Below, piece after piece: positions 37,197 to 45,675 of a stretch of 64,000 nucleotides of DNA. Below the pieces are notes generated by a model, which saw only the letters and a program-made list of their open reading frames with translations, was not told the DNA's origin and made no database searches. The translations under genes and the position numbers were made by a program. Source of the stretch: Candidatus Nomurabacteria bacterium RIFCSPLOWO2_01_FULL_41_18. Its GTDB lineage: Bacteria; Patescibacteriota; Minisyncoccia; Phycocordibacterales; UBA9973. Location: positions 111,307 through 175,306 of the forward strand of contig MFUZ01000006.1 in NCBI GenBank assembly GCA_001785865.1, given 5' to 3'. Position 1 is the stretch's first letter. Each line of letters opens with the position of its first letter.

Positions 37197-37214
37197 TGTA
37201 TTACGTAATATAAT

Positions 37215-37757
37215 ATGAAATTTATTTTTGATTTTGACGATGTGTTGTTCCATAACACAAAATTATTTAAAGAGCATATGTACACATCCTTGAAACAGGC
37301 TGGTATATCTCGCGTTGTTGCAGAGGAATATTATAAAACAGTACGAAAAAACCAATTTTGGTTAAAGGAACTGTTGACACACTTTTCTCTTAAGGAAAGC
37401 CTGTATGGAGAAATATTAAAAGAAAGTAAAAATTTTATAAATAAAGAGTTACTATCTGTATTAAAAGAATTAGGAAAAGAAAATTGTTATATAGTAACTC
37501 ATGGAAATAAAGAATTTCAAAATAACAAAATAAAAATATCAGGCATTACTCCCCTATTTTCTGAAATTATTGTGGTGCAAGTTAGCAAAAAAAAAGCAGT
37601 AGAAAAAATATGCGCTAAGCATAAAGACGAACAAGTGATATTTATTGATGACAAGGTAAAACATTTTGAGGATCTAGATTTTAAGAAATATCCAAACCTA
37701 AAAACAATTCTGTATGATGAGCAAGGGCTTGAGAAGCTAAAAACTATTTTACCATAG
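37215..37757 (+). CDS. HAD-superfamily hydrolase.
   Basis: The N-terminal FDFDDVL sequence is HAD motif I (DxD). Confidence 0.6.
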   Translation: MKFIFDFDDVLFHNTKLFKEHMYTSLKQAGISRVVAEEYYKTVRKNQFWLKELLTHFSLKESLYGEILKESKNFINKELLSVLKELGKENCYIVTHGNKEFQNNKIKISGITPLFSEIIVVQVSKKKAVEKICAKHKDEQVIFIDDKVKHFEDLDFKKYPNLKTILYDEQGLEKLKTILP

Positions 37758-38832
37758 TCGAAAGTACCGGCTCTGTGTCTACTTGTACGACATTAAACCT
37801 TAGTCGTCCGATGATTTTGCCTTCTTCTGTCTTGACGTTTACTCGCCACCTGCCGAATGCCACATTTGTGCGGACGGAATAAGTGCGAAAACCTCCATCA
37901 CGGCCTCCTACCACAGGCAGCCTGATTACACTTTCGGTGATCCATTTCTTCTGTGCTCGATCATAGTACTGCCACTCATGAAGAACGGAGATGTTTAGAT
38001 TTTCGGGAGAAAAGACGGCGCTATATGCGTAGACTCCTGCCCCGGCTTGTTTGCTAAAACTCGGATAGAAGCTGAAGTAGCCTGCGAGGCCATGATCCTC
38101 GTAGGTGACTTCGTAATTCCCTTTCGCATTTTTTTCTATGGAATGATAGATCCCTCCATCTTTAAGCGAGAGCGGAATAGGCGGAATAAGATTAGTAAAA
38201 TAGAGGAAATTTACCAAGAAAAATATGCTCGTGATCAAAGCCACCAGCAATTTCTTGCTTTTTACAAACTTATCCTTTATGAGATGGAATAAAAGGATGA
38301 TAAAAAGTACGATCGCAATCAAGGAGAGTACGCCCGACAGCAAAAACACTAAAGTGCCGATCTTGTGCAAAAGCACAGGCACGACAAAGATCGCAAAAGA
38401 ATAAATAGATAAAAAGAAGAGGCTGATCTGGAAACTTAAGCGGACGTAATGCTTCTTCAAAAACTCATTTGCAATAAAAGTCGCAGCGAGGAGCGCGACA
38501 AACGGCCAGGCCACGAATATGTCCGCGCTCCTAAAGTATAAGATCAGATATGCGGAAAAAATTCCTCCGAAAGCGAACTGCAGTATGTTGACATACCAGA
38601 AATGAGCCTTGCTCGGGTTTTCCTCGCCACCTACTTCATTTTCTTTTAGATGGATCAAGATGATAAAGACTCCGATCAGGATGAGGTATATTGAAATAAT
38701 GATATTCTCAAAAATGGTATCTACACGCTTTAATGTGAAGGCGTCAAAAATAAATCCAAAAAGAAGAAAAAAGGATGAAATTTTTCTCTCAAAACGAGCA
38801 TAAAAGTCCTTGACAGGTCCTATAAAGTGCAT
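37744..38832 (-). CDS. Polytopic membrane protein with a C-terminal extracytoplasmic beta-rich domain. Hypothetical.
   Basis: About 7 TM helices followed by a soluble domain of about 130 aa. Confidence 0.5.
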   Translation of the reverse strand: MHFIGPVKDFYARFERKISSFFLLFGFIFDAFTLKRVDTIFENIIISIYLILIGVFIILIHLKENEVGGEENPSKAHFWYVNILQFAFGGIFSAYLILYFRSADIFVAWPFVALLAATFIANEFLKKHYVRLSFQISLFFLSIYSFAIFVVPVLLHKIGTLVFLLSGVLSLIAIVLFIILLFHLIKDKFVKSKKLLVALITSIFFLVNFLYFTNLIPPIPLSLKDGGIYHSIEKNAKGNYEVTYEDHGLAGYFSFYPSFSKQAGAGVYAYSAVFSPENLNISVLHEWQYYDRAQKKWITESVIRLPVVGGRDGGFRTYSVRTNVAFGRWRVNVKTEEGKIIGRLRFNVVQVDTEPVLSTMVK

Positions 38833-38864
38833 AATTCATTATACCAGATTTTGATCTGCCAATA

Positions 38865-39146
38865 CTATTGCGGTTCGTTTTTTTCGTCTTTGCGGGCAAG
38901 GACTCGAGTGAGGTAAACGGAAAAAACCACAACAATTATACTGATCACGAGCGCATAGATAAATTTTGCCAAAACGCTGTCTCTGCCGAGAGGCAGAAGA
39001 TATTCAATGAGCGCTTTTACCGCGTCATTCCAGGCCAGGCCAGCCACAAGACCGAGCCCGCCCACTACGAAGCTCATAGTACGCTCGCGAAATTCGCGGT
39101 TCAAGTTCTTTGTTTCTTCTTTTATGCGATCTAAAGTTGGAGTCAT
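38865..39146 (-). CDS. Small hypothetical membrane protein.
   Basis: Two TM helices, co-oriented with its neighbours. It is preferred over the overlapping plus-strand ORF 38868-39134. Confidence 0.4.
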   Translation of the reverse strand: MTPTLDRIKEETKNLNREFRERTMSFVVGGLGLVAGLAWNDAVKALIEYLLPLGRDSVLAKFIYALVISIIVVVFSVYLTRVLARKDEKNEPQ

Positions 39147-39149
39147 AAA

Positions 39150-42100
39150 TTATTTAGAAAAATATGCAAACGCCGCTAAAATGGAAGCAATCGAACCGAT
39201 ACCGAATTCGCTCTGCTCAACAATTGCGCTCAAGTCAAAATATCTTCTCAGGATGGGATACGCATCCTGCTCGATGGACGGATAAACATTATTATTGTTT
39301 TGTATAGTGGCAGCATAATCATTACCATTTGAAGCATGATAGCTAGGGCCAAAGACTGGAATACCCGGAACCGGTAAGGTGGCTCCACTGTTCTGTCTGA
39401 GCCAAATAGAAGTAAGATGAAGAGGATTCTTTGGAGGCATGGATCCGATGCCGGTAATATAGCTCTGATTTTGCGGATTTGCTCCGAGCTCGACATCAAA
39501 ATTTATTTTCGCCGCTTCAAGATATTTCTCATCACCAAGAATTATATTTGCAAGGATAAGATGAAAAGACCGAGAAGCGCTGTGAGCAAATTGGCCCCAG
39601 CTGATATACGAAGGCACATCCAGACGATATCCGACACGGTAAGGGTTGCTATATGTCCAATTATATTCTTCATCAGCTAGGCTTCTGTATTCGCTCTTAA
39701 TATTTGTCACTATGGCAGGATCAGTCGGATATTTTGTCGTCAGATAAGCAAACGAAGCCTGGGAATTGTGATATACGAAATTATTATAAATATTGTAAAA
39801 CGGGGAAGTTTGCTGCCAATATGTCTTGAATGCCTGTGCGTACTCAACGTTTCCTGTTGCTTTATACAGTTCAGCCGCCGCCCAAGCCCGATTATCAACA
39901 TCAGAATATGGGCAGGTAGAGCCGGGCACTTGATTATCGGAGCAATTAGAAAGAGCCTTGTCTTGATAATCTCCGCCACCAATCCCTAATTTTCTGACAT
40001 CAATTCCGTTTGCCGGCAGTGGCGTCGGGTGCTTATTGAGAAAATCCCAAGCCTTGACTGCTTTCACTAAAAGATTGTCTGCATATCCGGGATACTTCGT
40101 CTCGAAGGTGGCATTTTTTTTAAAGACTTGGGAAGCCTGCGCTAGAACCGCCGCATAGACTGCCGTGGTGTGAGTGGACACTGGCGCGAGATACCTAGTT
40201 TGGATATCGTAAGGGCTCTTTTCCCACTGCTGTGAGGTAAGTCGATCGAATACTCCGCCATCTTTGGTCTGCATTTTTTGAAACCAGTCGATTTCATATT
40301 TGATTTCATCAAGAATATCGGGAATACCATTATTTTTTTCAGGAATATCCGCTTGATTGTCACTGAATTTCTGTGGATACAGCTCATATGCGAGCAGTAA
40401 TTCATTTACCGGCGCCGAAGCTGGTAAGATATATTTTCCATAGTCACCGGCATCGTACCATCCGCCAGTCATATCAAACTTCGTCCCGAGTGGATAATCT
40501 ATTTTCGATACCGGAAGCGGATTATCGGTGCTCAATACATAGACGCTCGGATGGAGAACTGCCGCTCGGTCGCTCGAGAGAGTCCCTGCCGGACGCGACC
40601 ACTCTCCATAATTAATCGGAACATCCGCGCGTGCGGCATAGTAGAAATTCATAAGTTTTTTGGTCACGTCCTTAAATATGTCTGAACCGATTTTGAACGA
40701 ATATGATCGTCCGAAGCCTGGAACAGATACATAGTAAGATCCGGCCGATGTTATAGTCGAAAAATCACAGTTATAAATAATGTTTCCACTGCGCGAAATA
40801 TCGTTCGCTCTAAATAGCGCTGGAAATTCTGCAACAAGGGTATTCGAGGCGGCATTCATTACCTTACATTTTGCTGGCACACCAGTAAGTGAACCCGCAT
40901 CTCCGATGTAATTCCCGATGTATGCGAATTTTGGCGATGCTGGCAGATAGCCGACTTGATTTACCTGAACCGAACCTGTGATGACAGCATCGGAGTAAGT
41001 GAATGGTAGTATTTTAGGGGTAGAAAAATTATTACCGAAAAGATCGGGAATATTTTTGACTGTCAGCGTATAATTGCGCCCCTCTACCAGCGGGGTATCG
41101 AAGACCAGGTACAGATTTGATTCGAAAGTGGGAGCCTTGGCTAAACCATACGATCCTCCAGTCGAAGCCTCGAAGCCATTCACATGGAATTCTCGGCCTA
41201 TTTGCACTGGTGATCGGCCTGAAGAAAAATTTGAGTCCCCGCTTCCCGTCAAAACATAGTTGGAAGCATTCACTACTCCATTTATATCATAGCGATCCTT
41301 GGTGGTAAGTTTTATAACTTTATTTGAAATCGGTTGGAGATTTAATACAGTGTTAGGACTTGTTTTTATAGCATATATATCATCAATTTGAAATGAATAT
41401 GTGGGTGTAACTCCTGAGGCGGAGCTAAACCATAAATTCTCCATACTCGAAAGATCAAAACCGCCTGAGACTTTTAGCGCACTTACAGGAATGCGAAGCA
41501 TGCGATAAGAAGCTCCTAGTGTGCCACCGCCTGTAATATAGTCTTCCATTTTGACTGAAGCACTGGTGTTGGGCCATCCATATATAAGAAAACGGCCAGT
41601 GGGAATTGCCGGTAGTGTCGTTCCGGGATTTGGAACAACTTTTACCATCATTTGGATAAAATCATACTGTGCTAAACTTTTTCTGTACGCTGTCGGAAGA
41701 TTTGCTAAACTCAAATTACCTGCATTGTATTGACTAGGTGTTGCTTTCAATGAATACGTGCCAGAACTTGCTCCTTCTGAAACAACAGTTCCATATGTAA
41801 TTCCTGTCGAACGTTCAATAGCAGATTCTCCAGTCCAAATTTTTAATTGTTTTTCTAAATCAATTCTAATGGGATCAGGCGGTATTGGAGGAGTTATTAT
41901 AATTGAAGGAGGAACTATTACAACAGGAGGCACAACGACCACAGGAGGAGTAACGACTACAGGTGGTGTAATGACGACAGGAGGCGGAGGAGGGACAGTC
42001 GCTCCTGTAGGATGAAAAACAATATCATCTACATAATAGACTGAATTTGACTTACTTAATGAAAATCGCATACCATCAACTTTTGACAAATTCCAAGATG

Positions 42101-43139
42101 TAGTTTTTAAAGCGCTTACTGGAATCGTAACTTGTTTCCAATTTGTATTTAGAGTGCCACCTTGGATATAAGAATTTAAATTTACAGTGGAACTTTCTGC
42201 ATAGCCACTATTCCCTGCCCATGTCCAAAATGTGACCGTAACAGGATCTGTATTTGCTGTCGCACTTCGAATCATAAATGTTAGAGTCTCATAAAGTCCG
42301 AGATCTGTACGCTGACGATTGCCACAGTAAATTTTTAGCGAAGGAGTATGCCAAGGATCTGGTGTGAGTTTGAGTGAGGGTGAATCATTTATGCCTTGAT
42401 TACTAACTTGGGCTAAATATTCAGAACAGGATGATGAAAGAGGAGAAGAACTGCCATTAAAAATAGTCAATGTGGACGTGGGGGTAGTAGGTACTACGAC
42501 AGGAGGAGTAACGGCTTGTTCAATTTTGGGTTGGAAAATAATGTTGTCTATATAATAAATAGAATTGGAGGCACTTACAGAAAAACTGACAGCATCGGCA
42601 TTGGAAAGATCCCAAGAAGATATTTTTAAAGCGGATATTGGTATGGTTACTTGCTTCCAATCAGTACCAATTGAACCACCTTGAATATATTCATTGATGG
42701 AGACAGTTTTGCTATTTGCGTAACCATTTGGTCCAGCAAATGTCCAGAACGAGACATTTAGAGGGTCTGTGGTTGCCGTGGCACTTCGTATCATAAAAGT
42801 AAAATTCTCATATGCACCGAGATCTTTTCGTGGATTGTTCATACAATAAACTTTGAGCACTGGGGCATGCCACTTGTCTGGAATCAATTTAAGGCTGGTG
42901 GAGCCATTTACACCAGTTCCCTGTTCTTGTGTTGCATATTCGTAACACGAAGGACTTGGTGCAGGATTTGCATCTCCATCAAATAAAGTAAATGGAATCT
43001 GTGCAACCGAGGCTGTATAAGGAGAGCCATCTTTGAACCCTATATTATTCATTAATTTTGTATTAGTTATAACAACAAGAAAAATGAGAATAATAATTAT
43101 TATTCCGAAAGCAATATAGTATCGTAAATTTTTTTTCAT
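39150..43139 (-). CDS. Large secreted multi-domain glycoside hydrolase, GH9-like. Architecture is a signal anchor, then two tandem modules of about 170 aa, a Pro/Val-rich linker, a third module, an Ig-like domain, and a C-terminal (alpha/alpha)6 catalytic domain.
   Basis: N-terminal MKKNLRYYIAFGIIIIILIFLVV. Two roughly 50% identical repeats (…LKLIPDKWHAPVLKVYC… and …LKLTPDPWHTPSLKIYC…). A PPVV linker. A GH9 hallmark 'FDMTGGWYDAGDYGKY' and C-terminal acidic catalytic motifs. Confidence 0.8.
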   Translation of the reverse strand: MKKNLRYYIAFGIIIIILIFLVVITNTKLMNNIGFKDGSPYTASVAQIPFTLFDGDANPAPSPSCYEYATQEQGTGVNGSTSLKLIPDKWHAPVLKVYCMNNPRKDLGAYENFTFMIRSATATTDPLNVSFWTFAGPNGYANSKTVSINEYIQGGSIGTDWKQVTIPISALKISSWDLSNADAVSFSVSASNSIYYIDNIIFQPKIEQAVTPPVVVPTTPTSTLTIFNGSSSPLSSSCSEYLAQVSNQGINDSPSLKLTPDPWHTPSLKIYCGNRQRTDLGLYETLTFMIRSATANTDPVTVTFWTWAGNSGYAESSTVNLNSYIQGGTLNTNWKQVTIPVSALKTTSWNLSKVDGMRFSLSKSNSVYYVDDIVFHPTGATVPPPPPVVITPPVVVTPPVVVVPPVVIVPPSIIITPPIPPDPIRIDLEKQLKIWTGESAIERSTGITYGTVVSEGASSGTYSLKATPSQYNAGNLSLANLPTAYRKSLAQYDFIQMMVKVVPNPGTTLPAIPTGRFLIYGWPNTSASVKMEDYITGGGTLGASYRMLRIPVSALKVSGGFDLSSMENLWFSSASGVTPTYSFQIDDIYAIKTSPNTVLNLQPISNKVIKLTTKDRYDINGVVNASNYVLTGSGDSNFSSGRSPVQIGREFHVNGFEASTGGSYGLAKAPTFESNLYLVFDTPLVEGRNYTLTVKNIPDLFGNNFSTPKILPFTYSDAVITGSVQVNQVGYLPASPKFAYIGNYIGDAGSLTGVPAKCKVMNAASNTLVAEFPALFRANDISRSGNIIYNCDFSTITSAGSYYVSVPGFGRSYSFKIGSDIFKDVTKKLMNFYYAARADVPINYGEWSRPAGTLSSDRAAVLHPSVYVLSTDNPLPVSKIDYPLGTKFDMTGGWYDAGDYGKYILPASAPVNELLLAYELYPQKFSDNQADIPEKNNGIPDILDEIKYEIDWFQKMQTKDGGVFDRLTSQQWEKSPYDIQTRYLAPVSTHTTAVYAAVLAQASQVFKKNATFETKYPGYADNLLVKAVKAWDFLNKHPTPLPANGIDVRKLGIGGGDYQDKALSNCSDNQVPGSTCPYSDVDNRAWAAAELYKATGNVEYAQAFKTYWQQTSPFYNIYNNFVYHNSQASFAYLTTKYPTDPAIVTNIKSEYRSLADEEYNWTYSNPYRVGYRLDVPSYISWGQFAHSASRSFHLILANIILGDEKYLEAAKINFDVELGANPQNQSYITGIGSMPPKNPLHLTSIWLRQNSGATLPVPGIPVFGPSYHASNGNDYAATIQNNNNVYPSIEQDAYPILRRYFDLSAIVEQSEFGIGSIASILAAFAYFSK
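41880..41995. repeat. In-frame tandem DNA repeats encoding the (T/V)PPVV linker of the GH9-like protein.
   Basis: Repeated ggaggNacNacNacagg units were seen directly in the sequence. Confidence 0.5.
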
Positions 43140-43221
43140 GTAGTTTTATAAAACAGTCCTGTCTCTTATTGTAGCACATCCCAAGTCTTTTAGTTGCAAG
43201 AGGTACTTTATAGGCCTATCT

Positions 43222-43255
43222 ATCCCATCAAAATCAGCTCGATTCTGGTGGGATT
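43222..43255 (+). repeat. 34-nt direct repeat, copy 1 (atcccatcaaaatcagctcgattctgGtGggatt).
   Basis: 32/34 identical to copy 2 at 45625-45658, in the same orientation. Confidence 0.7.
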
Positions 43256-43427
43256 CATTGTTTAAGGAAGCTAGAAAATTAAACTTAAATGAACCTTATC
43301 TCAAAGGTTTTTTAGAGTATACGTTTAATTTACTGTGGGAAGATCTTGAAATTGAATTACAAAAAAGATTTGAATTTAAAATTGAAGATGAAAATGTTAT
43401 TTTCACTAAAGTTAAAGAACAATAATT

Positions 43428-43862
43428 TTACATCTCCACTATCACCGTCACTGTGATGATGCCGATTATTGGGTATCTCTGCCAAAAATCAGAACTTAAC
43501 TTCTCTACAGCTGTGAAGCGTCCTTCAATGCGAACATCTTGATCCATGGGTGTGGTAGAAATCTGGTCAGGCATGTCGCCTCCATCGAGTGCATAATAAA
43601 CTCCGTCATTTGTTCTAAAACCGAATGCACATTCTAATGTCTGTGGACCGTCTGGGTTTGTGTGTGGCAAGCATACGATTCTACCCTCTTTGGTTATAGC
43701 TGGAGATCCATCATCAATAATCATTTCAAAAGTACCTCCTTGCTCATCATTACTTTCCACTAAGTCATCTGGTTTTGGACTTTCTGCTGTTTTAGAAGCA
43801 TAGACACTTATCCCTATAACAATTAATATACCAACTAAAGCTAATATGTATTGTTTTTTCAT
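43428..43862 (-). CDS. Hypothetical secreted or membrane-anchored protein.
   Basis: N-terminal signal/TM MKKQYILALVGILIVIGISVYA. Confidence 0.4.
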   Translation of the reverse strand: MKKQYILALVGILIVIGISVYASKTAESPKPDDLVESNDEQGGTFEMIIDDGSPAITKEGRIVCLPHTNPDGPQTLECAFGFRTNDGVYYALDGGDMPDQISTTPMDQDVRIEGRFTAVEKLSSDFWQRYPIIGIITVTVIVEM

Positions 43863-43874
43863 AAATTTATTATA

Positions 43875-44624
43875 TCAGATTTTAATTCCATAAAACTTAA
43901 GTGCCTCTTCTATGGTTTGGGGAAAGCTTTTCTTTAGTTTTTCTGGAATTTGACCATCTCTTTCACTTCTTTCCACAGCCTCTTTTATTAAATCCCAAGT
44001 AAATTCAGATCTTTGTTTATCTGGATCAGAAGCCAATTTCCTTAAAAATATATCTCTGTATTTTTTTACTGCATTACCTATACTTAATGTGAAATATGAA
44101 TTCAGACGAACATCAGCACTAACACTTGCCCCTTTATCTTCCCAAGTATGAGACATCATTCTGTAATTAACAGCATCTTGAATTGAATCACTATCTATAG
44201 GGCCTACAAAAACGTGCTCTGTGAGTGTTTCTTTTAGGTTTAATTTATCTTTAACTTTATTCAATTTTTCTATAAAAATTTCCTTCAGTAATTTTTCAAA
44301 AAGATAGACATTTAAATCCTCAATTCCAAATTTCTTACCAAGTTTCAATATCGTTTCTTCTGGAAGAGCTCGGAATTCTTCTATATCAAATCTTAATTTG
44401 CAATCAATGTCAGTTTCCAAAGCAGTCTCGTGAGTCAATTCTTTTCCTTTCACTAATGAACCAAAAACGGAAATTGAAATAGGTAAAGGGAGTTGAGCTT
44501 GTAATTCATGACAAATATCTCTTAGAGCCTCAATACGCCTTCTCGAAAATTCATCTTTTGATATTTCGTAACGTTTATTGTGCGATGCAACATATGGAAT
44601 TTTGTTCGTGATTCTTTCTGTCAT
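43875..44624 (-). CDS. Pol-beta-superfamily nucleotidyltransferase-like protein (ANT/KNTase-like pattern).
   Basis: 'SVFGSLVKGKELTHETALETDIDCKL' matches the hG[GS]...[DE]h[DE]h NTase signature. Compare GVYGSLGRQTDGPYSDIEMMCV in ANT(4'). Confidence 0.4.
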   Translation of the reverse strand: MTERITNKIPYVASHNKRYEISKDEFSRRRIEALRDICHELQAQLPLPISISVFGSLVKGKELTHETALETDIDCKLRFDIEEFRALPEETILKLGKKFGIEDLNVYLFEKLLKEIFIEKLNKVKDKLNLKETLTEHVFVGPIDSDSIQDAVNYRMMSHTWEDKGASVSADVRLNSYFTLSIGNAVKKYRDIFLRKLASDPDKQRSEFTWDLIKEAVERSERDGQIPEKLKKSFPQTIEEALKFYGIKI

Positions 44625-44643
44625 GTTTCTAATTATAACAAAT

Positions 44644-44805
44644 TTAAGAATCTTTTCTCTTCCTGAATATACCTATAATACCGACGATGAACAAGAATAG
44701 TCCTAGCAACTGTCCACCAGGGCTATCATCAATTTCACCATATACAAACAAAAACCCGCCGAACAATATAGTAAGTACAAAGCATATTAGTTTAATTTTA
44801 TTCAT
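44644..44805 (-). CDS. 53-aa small 2-TM membrane protein. Not in the supplied track.
   Basis: MNKIKLICFVLTILFGGFLFVYGEIDDSPGGQLLGLFLFIVGIIGIFRKRKDS. Its stop lies 20 nt upstream of the NTase-like gene start. Confidence 0.3.
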   Translation of the reverse strand: MNKIKLICFVLTILFGGFLFVYGEIDDSPGGQLLGLFLFIVGIIGIFRKRKDS

Positions 44806-44920
44806 ATTCTAATATTATCATGTAAGCCCACCTGAATGAAATTCATTTCGGGCAGGTAATCTATTACGTAAACGAATACGTATTTCTATTTCCATGCAAT
44901 TTTAAAATGTGTTAAAATAA

Positions 44921-45409
44921 TTGCATATGAAATTAACACCAAAAAATACAATTTGCCTCTGGTTTGATAAGGATGCAGAAAGCGCAGCGAAATTTTATGC
45001 TGTTACTTTTCCCGATAGCAAAGTAGGTGCCGTTTTTCATGCACCCACTGATTTTCCTGGTGGCAAGGAAGGCGATGTGCTGACGGTGGAGTTTACAGTC
45101 TGTGGGATTCCCTGTGTCGGTTTGAATGGTGGCCCAGCGTTTAAGCAAAGTGAGGCATTTTCCTTTCAGATCAGAACGGAGGATCAGGAAGAAACCGATC
45201 GTTATTGGAACGCAATCGTAAGAAATGGCGGCAAAGAAAGTGAGTGTGGTTGGTGTAAAGACCGCTGGGGTTTATCTTGGCAGATCACACCACGCACCTT
45301 GATAGAAGCTCTTGCAGCTGGTGGCGCCGAAGCAAAACGCGCTTTCGAAGCGATGATGACCATGGGAAAAATTGACGTCGCTGCTATTGAAGCAGCGAGG
45401 CGAGGGTGA
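44921..45409 (+). CDS. VOC (glyoxalase/bleomycin-resistance fold) family protein, PhnB-like.
   Basis: '...ICLWFDKDAESAAKFYAVTFPDS...' resembles the PhnB/3-demethylubiquinone-9 methyltransferase-like domain. The region is clearly more GC-rich than its flanks. Confidence 0.55.
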   Translation: MHMKLTPKNTICLWFDKDAESAAKFYAVTFPDSKVGAVFHAPTDFPGGKEGDVLTVEFTVCGIPCVGLNGGPAFKQSEAFSFQIRTEDQEETDRYWNAIVRNGGKESECGWCKDRWGLSWQITPRTLIEALAAGGAEAKRAFEAMMTMGKIDVAAIEAARRG

Positions 45410-45477
45410 GAGGCACAAGATATAGTGAAGAGTTCCCGTTGTACCGGTTGTACTCGATTTTATTTTTTGGCTGGGGG

Positions 45478-45551
45478 ACTTGGAATCGAACCAAAATTAA
45501 TGGCTTCAAAGGCCACTGTCCTACCGTTAGACGATCCCCCAATATCTATAA
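45478..45551 (-). tRNA. tRNA-Gln (anticodon UUG).
   Basis: Manually folded: acceptor TGGGGGA/TCCCCCA (a U1-A72 pair as in tRNA-Gln), D-stem GTCT/GGAC, anticodon stem GTGGC/GCCAT with loop CTTTGAA, T-arm TTTGG-TTCGATT-CCAAG, discriminator G, and an encoded CCA. Confidence 0.8.
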
Positions 45552-45624
45552 AAACATTTAATTTATAACACAAATTTGCCCCAAAAACCACCTTTTGAAG
45601 TCAAAAAGACTCGAATCCCATCAA

Positions 45625-45658
45625 AATCAGCTCGATTCTGCTAGGATTGGGGTATTTG
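45625..45658 (+). repeat. 34-nt direct repeat, copy 2 (atcccatcaaaatcagctcgattctgCtAggatt).
   Basis: Matches copy 1 at 43222-43255. It lies between the dnaX stop and the 5' end of tRNA-Gln. Confidence 0.7.
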
Positions 45659-45675
45659 GAGATTATGAACCAGTC

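Noticed and set aside
38868-39134. Plus-strand 88-aa ORF overlapping minus-strand ORF 38865-39146.
   Set aside because: The minus-strand version has two clean TM helices and matches the orientation of the surrounding operon. The plus-strand one is low-complexity.
43222-43255. Resemblance of the 34-nt repeat (…gctcgattctgg…ggattc) to a tmRNA 5' end or tRNA T-arm.
   Set aside because: The similarity spans only about 10 nt. No acceptor-stem partner or tRNA-like 3' end could be folded.
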